A DNA stretch of 61,789 nt, filler included, from Hausera hauseri (taxonomy: Eukaryota): the NCBI GenBank assembly GCA_046269625.1. It is 12 parts of 12 records of this genome, joined end to end, with 100 filler letters (N's around TTAATTAATTAA, not from the genome) between each part and the next. Parts side by side here need not be neighbours in the genome. Positions count along the whole stretch, not along the records: positions 52,210 to 57,496 come from JBJURY010290059.1; positions 57,597 to 61,789 come from JBJURY010708658.1; 10 more parts are not named here. One strand, given 5' to 3'. Made by a program: the position numbers and the translations under genes. This document shows positions 52,771-61,789 of this stretch, piece by piece. Position 1 is the stretch's first letter. The number at the start of each line of letters is the position of its first letter. The notes below the pieces were generated by a model. It saw only the letters and a list, made by a program, of their open reading frames with translations, was not told where the DNA came from and searched no databases.

Positions 52771-54101
52771 ACGGGTGGTCACTAAAAATCTGGAGTAAAT
52801 TGTTACATGTTCTATTGTATCTGATACAGACAAATTTAGAAATTTGTTTATTTTGTTAAAAGTGGTTGTTAATATACTTAAGGAAAATTTAAATTGCTGC
52901 TTGATTCATAACGCCTATTCACAAATGCAACATTTAAATGAAAAACAACGCCGTGAACTTATCTTACATTAGAGAGAAAATCATGCAGAAGATAATAATT
53001 ATTTTATCATCAAGTACTTCAAAAAGCTAAAAATTCCTCAATATATATCATAGTCCATCCTGAGTCGCTATACAGAACGTGGTGAAGCTGTGAGAGCTGC
53101 TGGGTCTGGAAGACCTGCACATCTAATGTCCCTTAAACGGCGAGAATGCTTGGTGCAATATGCAGTAAATTTAAAGGGTGCCTCTTAACGATATCTAGCC
53201 TGTAAGTATGGAATATCGAAGAGCTACATTTTCCAAATTCTGTATTAGCAAAGCGTGCATTGCTTCAAGAAATCAAAATGCCCAAAAGTTACCAAAAATC
53301 AGAAGAAATCCCAACGTGTAACAATCGATCGTCTGTACTGTCTTCTGATTAGCGGAAATTTTGAATCGCCATAAATAGTGATGGATAATGAGTCGTGTTT
53401 TGAGTTAAATGGCGAACGCATGCCAGAAAACATCCAGTATTATTCTATCAATCTAGCGGCAACATCACATAGTCAGAAGTTTGTACCAAGGTAAAATTTT
53501 GACCAAAATTTCTTGTGTGGGCTGCCATCAGCAACATGGAAATTTCACACCTATACTTTGTTCCCTATGGTGGTGCATTCAATGCAGAGACGTATAGTCA
53601 CGAGTAAATTGTAAAGAGATTAAAGCCCTTTATAGATGCCTATCATAGTGAGAGCAATTACCTCTTTAGGCCTGATCTAGCTTCATGCCATTATGCGACA
53701 TTCTACAGTTACAGTTCTGGAAGATCTGAACATTCAATACGTCATGAAGAATATGAATCCCTTTAACTTTCCTCAGCTACGGCCTATCTAGGACTCGTGG
53801 GGGTGGCTGAAGCAGCTTTTCTATGAGAAGGGATGGACTGCAATTGGACTTGGTCAGCTCAAGAGGAGAATCAAATATTATATAAGGAAACTTGACATGG
53901 ATATTGTACGTGATATGATTTCAAAAGTGCAGTCAAACATTCGCAAAGCAGGGGCATAGAAAACTGGGTCACGATTGCATTAGTATAGTTGTCTTTGTTA
54001 ATAATAAAAGTACTATTCTGATTGCTGATTTCGAGTTCGAGCTTAATGCGCCCATGGGAGGGCACAAAATAGTTTACTCCAGATATTTTGTGACCATCTG
54101 T
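52771..54101 (+). mobile_element. Full-length DD37E (TRT/ITmD37E-type) Tc1/mariner transposon, pseudogenised
   Basis: TA|ACGGGTGGTCACTAAAAATCTGGAGTAAA and TTTACTCCAGATATTTTGTGACCATCTGT|TA; GSGRP, IVMDNES, FRPDLASCHYA, NP.NFPQLRPI(*=E); 37-residue spacing after correcting one frameshift. Confidence 0.88.
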
Positions 54102-54130
54102 TACATTTTAATATAGACAAAGCGGTAGAT

Positions 54131-54667
54131 TTGGAAAAATCTGCTTGCAGCACCATAACGAAAGTTCGGCGAGGTTTAGAAATGCGTCTGGATTCAGAGA
54201 ACGATTTCATATGCGAATCGGAGATGAAAAGAAAAATACCAAGTTGTCAAGCAATACTAACAAAAAGGCGAAAAGACATGCTGCAGAAGGCGAAGGATGC
54301 AGCTAACAATTCTCAACAGCGTATTGTTGTCATAGACAATTTGTATAAAAAATGAAATTCTGAATTCGAAAGAAGGAGGAAGAGAAAGATGAATATAAAA
54401 TTGAATGAACAAGTGCAGTTGGACAATATCAGTGATGCACGAAGGCATCGAAATTTAGAGAAACGCTTTGAAATCAAAGCGAAGGAGAAGAAGAATGTTG
54501 ATGAAGAAGAAAAGAATTCAATTAGAAGAGAAATTGAAAGATTAAAACAGCAAAATGACCATTTACAAAAGCACACGGAAGAACAGGAGAAAGTCATTTT
54601 TCTCTTGAGAAAGGGTAAAGTTTTAATAAATACGTGTACCCAAACGTTCCACGGCAAGTTGCCGTAA
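54131..54667 (+). pseudogene. Charged coiled-coil reading frame of unknown origin
   Basis: ORFs 54131-54355 and 54389-54667 share a frame, split by one TGA; K/E/R-rich. Confidence 0.35.
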
Positions 54668-54966
54668 CAAATTAATTTCTCACAGTTTCAGACGCATTGT
54701 AGAGGAGTTCAAACTGTTCAAGTGCAGGCTGATGAGAAAGAAGCTCACATTGAAGTTAGTTTCATGAAGGTAAAAGTGAATGATATGATTGATAAAGAAA
54801 TGCAGAATATGAAGGTCTATGATATGGTGGATTAAGAAATCCAGATTATGAAGGTGGAGAAAGAAATGCAGCCTTCTAGTGTATATGATGATTGCAAAAT
54901 AGTGTACCGAAAGGATTTAATTAAAGTTAAGTTTGTCCTTAAATGGATTCCTAAGTATATCGCTGT

Positions 54967-57496
54967 TGTGAGGATATAATCGAGAATTCAAATTCTAAAT
55001 TTGAATTAGAAGCATTTTTAAATTTTAAAAATTCGACCACGGATATAATTTTAAAATGTAATATTAAAAGTATAATTAAATTTTGGAATTTTTGGAAAAT
55101 TTGTTTCCAAATGAGTATTTTGAGGCAGGAAAAAGAACGTTTGAAGTAGGGGATCAAGTGCTTGTACGAAAGGAATTCGGAACAAAGGAGAAATACGAAT
55201 ACGAAGGCCCGTACACAATTATTGAGAAAGTGCACGACAGACGACACGTAATACGACATGAAGATAGCCAAACCTTGGAAGGAAACGTAGAGAAACTACG
55301 AAGATTCTTAAAAAAGGGGGATGTGAGGATATAATCGAGAACTGAAATTCTAAATTTAACTTAGAAGCATTTCTAAATGTTAAAAATTCGACCATGGATT
55401 TAATTTAAAAACATAATATCAAGAGTATAATTTACTTTTAGAATTTTCGGAAAATTTGTTTCCAAATCAGTATTTTGAGATAGAATAAAATTTTCAACAA
55501 CTGGTCTTACTTTGCCATGAGTAATTACAAACGATCAAATTCTGCTTTAGCGGACATACCAAGGTGCGGGGATTTCCCAACCCTACCTAAGCTGGAAGAC
55601 GAGGTGGACTACATGGACGTATCAGCGGCAAACATGGCGACTTACGACACAACGGACATTTTTATGAAGCAATTGTTGCCCAACAAATTTAGGAAATGCG
55701 ACGACGTGGAGAGGTTCATTAAAGGATGTGAAAAATTCCTTAAATATATGAACACCCCGGCAGCGAAGTGTGAAATCATTGTTGAATGCCTCTTGGAGGA
55801 AGAAGCACAAGAAAGATACGAGTCAATAGATGCAAAGATAACTGGATATCAAAACCGATTACCGAAGACTTTCGCCCAACCCTCAACGATGTGCAAAGAC
55901 CTGAAGGAAGCGCTCGAGTACAGAATGAATGGAGCAGAACCGGAGGCTTACTTCGTAGCAATGGAGAAACTGCTGGATAAAATCATGAAGCACAATCTTT
56001 CACGCGAGGCTATAAAAGAGGAATTATTGTTCCAATGTTGTTACAATAGAGAGATGGGAAGAGAAATATGCCTCAGTGACAAACAAGACGCGGAAACTGT
56101 AAATGAGAAAATATGGAAGATACATGAAGTAAAGATTAAGACAGAAGAAGTCAATACGGTCAAGGAGTATGCAGGGATCGGTAGAAGAAGCTACCAGGAA
56201 GTGGCAGCACAAAATATCGGGGAATCCGTTCCTAGAATTAACACGATCCTTAATAGGCTACCAAATAGTGGATTAAAGTTTTGGACATGCCAGAAGGAGA
56301 GGCATACGAGCAGAACTTGCACCACACTGAGACAGATTAAATGCTTTGGATACGGAAAAGAAGGAAGTATAAACAGGCAGTTTCCCGAAAGAAAACCAAT
56401 GAGATTCCAGGGATGTGGTCAGCAAGGCACATCAGACCAAACTGTACAAATCTTAGCTATGCAAGATGTCGCCATAGGGGACATACCAAAAGGAGTGCTA
56501 CACCAGGTTGGAGGGGAAAAAAGAACCATGATTGGATATATACGACGTCAAAAGAAAGTATGGGGATAATCTGAATAGAAAACGGGGGGAAGTCGCAATC
56601 GTAGAGGAAGGAGAAACAGAATCGGAACTGGAGTCAGTTGCCTCAAAAGGCAGAGCCTTGATAGAAGTGGAGCAAAATATCGTTATGTATAATAGTAGTA
56701 GTATATCAAACAGTATAGGCAAATCAAGAAGAAGGGGACACAGCGATATAGTGATGAATAGAAAGACACAGGAAAAAGTAAGGAAATTTATAAAAACGGA
56801 AAATTTCCAGGACGTATCCTTCAACAGAATGGAGGAAAGTGGGAACTATACGCAGATCTTCATGGTAGAGGAGTTGTACGTCGAACAGATATTATACAGG
56901 AAATTTAATTGACGACCAGGAATCAAATTAAAGATACAAGACAGATGGGAAGATTGCTTATTGGACACGGGGGCCAGAGTAAACGTCACAAGCAAAAAGA
57001 CCGTGGATAAATTTGCAAATACACACATAGAGAAATCAGATACCACACTACGATTCGCGAACAATAGCCCCTTATATTGCCTGGGTACATATACAACAGA
57101 CGTAGAAATTAAGGGTCTAAGGAGACGTGTGACATTTCTAGTAGTGTCGGAATTGCTCCCATAAATAATAGGTAGTGTTGACCTGCAAAAGGCATTTTGA
57201 ATAGAACTGGGATGGAAACGCATGGAAACGGAGATATTACGGCAAGATATATGCAACCTGGAAGCTACGTTCGGCCGTAAGGTTAGTAAGGAAGAACGGG
57301 TCAACAGGGTGAAGGAAGTTCTTTAGGTGAGTGACAACAAAGAGCTACTCATCATTATACAAAAATACCCAGAGGTATTTATGGCTGACAAGTGGAACAT
57401 AGGGTGCACATATCTCATCAAACACGGAATAGACACGACAGGAGCGCCGATCAATATCAAACCTCACACGCAACCAGTAAACCTAGAGAAAAAAAT
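54967..57496 (+). mobile_element. Gypsy family 2: partial LTR, IN tail, PPT, LTR, gag, protease, RT start
   Basis: Partial LTR 54967-55124; FEVGDQVLV..YEGPY (55125-55310); PPT AAAAAAGGGGGA; LTR 55322-55499 (TG..CA, 178 bp, AATAAA); LLDTGA at ~56958; RT start IGCT.LIKH.IDT. Confidence 0.9.
55517..56569 (+). pseudogene. Gag of Gypsy family 2 with up to four decayed CCHC knuckles
   Basis: KF..CDDVERFI capsid-like start; WTCQKERHTSRTC, CFGYGKEG, GCGQQG/HIRPNC, RCRHRGH (last two across a frameshift). Confidence 0.8.
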
Positions 57497-58013
57497 NNNN
57501 NNNNNNNNNNNNNNNNNNNNNNNNNNNNNNNNNNNNNNNNTTAATTAATTAANNNNNNNNNNNNNNNNNNNNNNNNNNNNNNNNNNNNNNNNNNNNGAGA
57601 GTCTTCTGCCGATTTTAAGCAACACTCCCACGTAGCGAGTAAAGACTGACCGAATCCTACGATCCCAATAGGTAATTATTAAACATTTAAAGAATCTGGA
57701 GACAATATTAACACTAGTGTCATACGTTAAAATGACTCACGACGTTACATATATCATAAAAATGCGAATATACTACATGACACAGAATAATTTCGAATAA
57801 TGTCGATAAAACCATCACAAAATACGTACGTATCAAAGACCTTAAACAGAAAACATGCAAATTCGACACTATAGCTACGATGGAACTCAAAAGGAGGGAC
57901 TCGACAACTTCAATGTTTCGGTTTCGACGTGGCGGCGCCGAATTCATGGCTACCCGCTCTGGGCCGTTGGGTCGGACAGTACCGTTCGCGGAGACCCCGC
58001 GACACGCCCCACA

Positions 58014-58229
58014 CTATTTTCCCTTTTCTTTTTTTTAAATAACAAACATATTTACACCATTAAAGCATCACACATAAACACTAAATATATTTACAACACC
58101 ATCTGCACTTTTACCTACTCACCTGATTTCTACATTACGTACTACGGCTCTAAAGTATCTATCTGTGGGATCCTAAATCTTTCTTCGCCTTATATCCACC
58201 GCCATATACACTTCCGCATCCGTGGGGGC
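58014..58229 (+). pseudogene. Ubiquitin-like domain ending FRIRGG, fused in frame to Gag (copy L)
   Basis: LFSLFFFLNNKHIYTIKASHINTKYIYNTICTFTYSPDFYITYYGSKVSICGILNLSSPYIHRHIHFRIRGG|MNSS; 72 codons, followed by ATG 58230 and Gag. Confidence 0.68.
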
Positions 58230-59301
58230 ATGAATTCATCGCCAACCATAGACAGCACTGATAAAACCACCACGAAACCATATCCCGTTATACTACTCCA
58301 AGAACCCACTATTACTTCTACTAATAACACTTCAACCCCTAATTCTTCTGCTCCTTTCCCCCACAGCATGGAATTCTTCGTTGACAATCAAGGTTCTAGC
58401 AAAACTTGGCTGCAATTTCACCAACTATGTTTACAAGCAAACAACGTTACCGATTAAATAATTAAAGCACACAACCTCCTCTTCTTACTCCCTAACAATA
58501 TAAAACACGAATTCATAACATCATCGAAATCTTCGAACTTCCTGATCCGTATTCACAACTCTTTAACACCGTTCTTAAGATAACAGAACTATCCATGGAC
58601 ACTATCATACAACGCTTCTTCCACAACAAAGCCATGGGTACACAACAACCATCAGACTTTTCACATACTTCTTCGGCACACCTCCAAATCCTAAACGTTA
58701 CAAAAGAACATAATCCAGAATTGCTTCGCCATTATTTCCTCAACGCCTTACCCATCCAAATTCTGACCTTACTTACCTTCGTGGAGGACTGCACGGCTCT
58801 TGAAAAATTGGCCGAATTAGCCGACAAGACACACGACGTTCTACACTTAAACTTTCCACCAGTCATTTCAGCCGCAGTAGCTGCAAACGGTATTCACAGC
58901 AACAATGCATCGATAGAACAACAGCTCAATCAACTACGTGGTGAAAATGCCGCATTGCACCCAACAATTAGCAATATTAATAACAAATTAAATGAACTTT
59001 CGCTGTCCCATCAAAGGGATTTTGTCGCTGATCGCGTCCATTCTGCATCTAGAAACCGGTCACCATCCCCTGTGCGGTCGTCTATCTGCTATTATCGCAG
59101 CAGATTCAATAAAAGTGCCAAAATGCTGCCTAGGGTGCAGATTTTATAATATAAGTTTTTTTTAGATACCGTTGTTTGCATTTACGACGCAAAGTTTAAA
59201 AACCAAGATCGTAAATGCAGTCCAGGCTGCACTTTCAAAACCGATACGAACGACGGACGTGATATCTTTCCTTCTAATAGTTGTCCTAATTCATCTTTTC
59301 A

Positions 59302-59373
59302 AAAAAACTAAATTTGCCGCCAGAAGTCACGGCAAACTCTGGCAAAGGAACTTCTTCACCTTCTGAATGCCAA
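59302..59373 (+). promoter_or_regulatory. Putative -1 ribosomal frameshift signal (gag/pol)
   Basis: A AAA AAC in the Gag frame followed by TAA; the -1 frame reads into the protease; downstream stem GCCAGA/TCTGGC. Confidence 0.8.
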
Positions 59374-61789
59374 CGCGCCTCTTTTTCTGTCTTTACTCTA
59401 AAGGCTGCAATCACCGCTCCTGCAACGCAATTCGTTGATTTCCTCATTGATACAGATGCTGCGATTTCTTTATTGCCACAAACTTTTCCTGTCCAAAATT
59501 CACCATTCAGAATCAAGTCTTTATACACCGCTTCAGGCCAACTGCTGCACATTTTCGGCATGGCTAAACTATCTTTTTCCTTACCAAAGTTTCATTCACC
59601 TTTCCACTGAAGGTTCACAGTTGCTAATGTCCAGACGGCAATTCTAGGTTCTGATTTTTTATCACATTCTAATTTATTGGTTGGCTGCAGTCAACGATGT
59701 CTTAGGAGAGGCATCACTGGGAACGTTACTTAGCATATAAATAGCATTTCGACTACCGCGCAGTCGATTGGATTGCGGCGATCAATTTTTAGGAAATCAC
59801 AAATTAATTCGAATTTCGGTAATAATTACATTTCATTCCGTAAATTTTTAAATCATAACATTCATATTCAGTCGAATTTCGATGTCGTCAGTTGTGGTAC
59901 TGTCACCGACGTTAATTCGCTCGACGAAATCACTTTGTCCAACACCATTTTCAATTCGACCGTTTTGCTCCAAATACCAATCGACTTTACATCATCAAGC
60001 AATTCACAAATTGCAGCTGTTTCCACTCAAGCTGTTTCACCATCATCACGGAATCTCTCACAATTGCCTACAATTTTGCAGCAATTCGTCAATACATCAT
60101 GTCCAAGTGTACTTAAAAGGATCGTACATTTACCCACGCAAACAGCACTTTACATCACATAATTACACAGTATCAACGACCAATACGCCAAAAGGTTCGA
60201 ACACTGTCACCTCGTCGTAAGCAGGCCGTAGGAGCCGAATTTCTTGAACTAGAACGCTCCGACAGTGTGCGCCGTCTCAAATATCCTTGGTTGTCACATT
60301 TACTTTTCGTACAAAAAAGAACGGAACTTTTGGACCATGTGGTGATTACCGACAGTTGAACAAATTGACCATTATGGATGCGTACCCCCTGCCACTAATC
60401 AAGGATATCTTGCATCGCCTTAATTCAACTGCCATTTATTTGACCATCGATTTGGCCAAAGCATATCGCCAAATACTGGTGGCACCCGAAAACATAGAAA
60501 AAACTGCTCTCACTACCCCTTTTGGTCTCTACGAATACCTGTTTATGCCATTTGCTTTGCGAAATGCTGCACAAATCTTTCAGCGACACATTGATTCAAT
60601 TGCCTCAGATTTATCGTTCGAGCACTCTTACATTGAAGATATTCTGATCATTTCGTCTTCAGTCAAACAAAATGAGGAACATCGCCGTGCAATATTTCAA
60701 CGCCTTAGTCACCATAATCTCCAAGTCAATTTCGACAAATGCCGTTTCTTCAAAAAGCGCCACGTTATTTCACCAGACGGCCATTCTCCTCAAGCAGACC
60801 GAGTTGAAGTACTTAAGAATATCCAGTTACCATGTACGACCACTGAAACACGCAGCTTGCTTGGTACACTACACTTTGTACATAAATATGTACCATATTG
60901 TTCTAAACTGACAGCACCATTTGCACACTTATGCGGCGGCCTAAAACATTAGCCAATTCAGTGGACACCTGAATTGGCTGAAAAATTTGATAAGCTGCGC
61001 GAAGGGATTAAGGCTGTCGACATTCTCGCTTTCCCCAAACCTGATGCGGAATTTATCCTTTCGACGGACGCTTCAACCACTGCGGTAGGTGCTGTACTGC
61101 ACCAGCTCCACAAAGGAGGAAACTAACCCCTAGAATTTTTCTTTCGTAAATTAACACCCCCTGAAACTAGAAACTCAACGTTCGATCGCGAATTATTGGC
61201 CATTGTTCTCGCTTTAAAGCATTTCTCCCACCTACTTGTCGTCCACCATTTTAAGTACAGACCGATCACAAGCCCTTAACTAACATCATGGCTATGAAAC
61301 ATCCTTCCACACGCCAAGAACGACGGATATCATATTTGTCGAGATTTAAATTCGCCATAAAACATATCAATGGGGTTAATAATGTAGTTGCCGATTTTTT
61401 ATCTAGGTCGGTTAGTTCGATTAATTTTTCACCAATTTTTACCCAAGCACAAGTTCAACAAAACTAGCCACCTCAGGATATGCTTAATTCTTCCAAGCCT
61501 TGCACAATCATTGACGGCGTAGCTTTAGACATTTCCAAACCAGGTCGTAACGTAATAATTCTTGCACCACCTTTGCAAAGGCAAGCATTTAATAATGTAC
61601 ATTCGCTACATTACCCTGGTGCTAAAGCCACTTTTCGTTTACTCCACGGTCAAGTAATTTGGCCCTCAATGCATTCCGATGTGCAGGCATGGGTTAAGGA
61701 GTGTGTGGCTTACAAAAATACAAAACAACTAAGCATTTAAAGCCACCACTGTTCCACTTTCCATGCACATCGCGTTTCGAATCCGTGCA

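Larger units (their letters stand above)
57855..61789 (+). mobile_element. Gypsy family 1, copy L (5' region to integrase Zn finger, decayed)
   Basis: Ubl-like domain, Gag (LLRHYFLNALP, LEKLAELADK), two CHCC, AAAAAAC-TAA, protease FLIDTDA, RT 60287-60952, RNase H, HSLHYPG; runs off the window end. 5' boundary uncertain. Confidence 0.93.

Noticed and set aside
57870-58003. 5' LTR end and PBS of copy L (CTACG-A-TGG at ~57875; GGAGACCCCG, Trp-like, at 57990)
   Set aside because: Competing degenerate candidates; cannot be resolved without a paired LTR.

Overview
This is not one locus. Eleven identical 100-nt spacers (N44-TTAATTAATTAA-N44) join 12 unrelated contigs of about 4-7 kb. The DNA is eukaryotic (animal), rich in transposons and probably of mixed origin: contig 9505-16324 has teleost-type repeats, while most others look like an AT-rich invertebrate. 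No prokaryotic genes, RNA genes or CRISPR arrays were seen. The dominant content is five decayed copies of one Ty3/Gypsy family with CsRn1-type CHCC Gag. Comparing the copies gives an unusual architecture: an N-terminal ~72-74-aa ubiquitin-like domain ending in (L/I)RG(G) fused in frame to Gag, two tandem CHCC knuckles, a -1 frameshift cassette, PR, a long spacer, RT-RH-IN, an S/P/T-rich linker and a conserved ~30-aa tail starting with an RVxF-like motif. This Ubl-Gag element is the best candidate for an undescribed system. Also present: a near-complete APE-RT-RNaseH R1-like LINE, a second short-LTR Gypsy family, mariner DD34D, Tc1 DD34E and DD37E transposons, two Chapaev3-like remnants (one with an intron), a Stowaway-like MITE, Polinton ATPase and pPolB remnants, spliced Ulp1-tail/PHD exons, a class A GPCR and a large inverted satellite. 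All family assignments are from motif recognition by eye; no searches were run.
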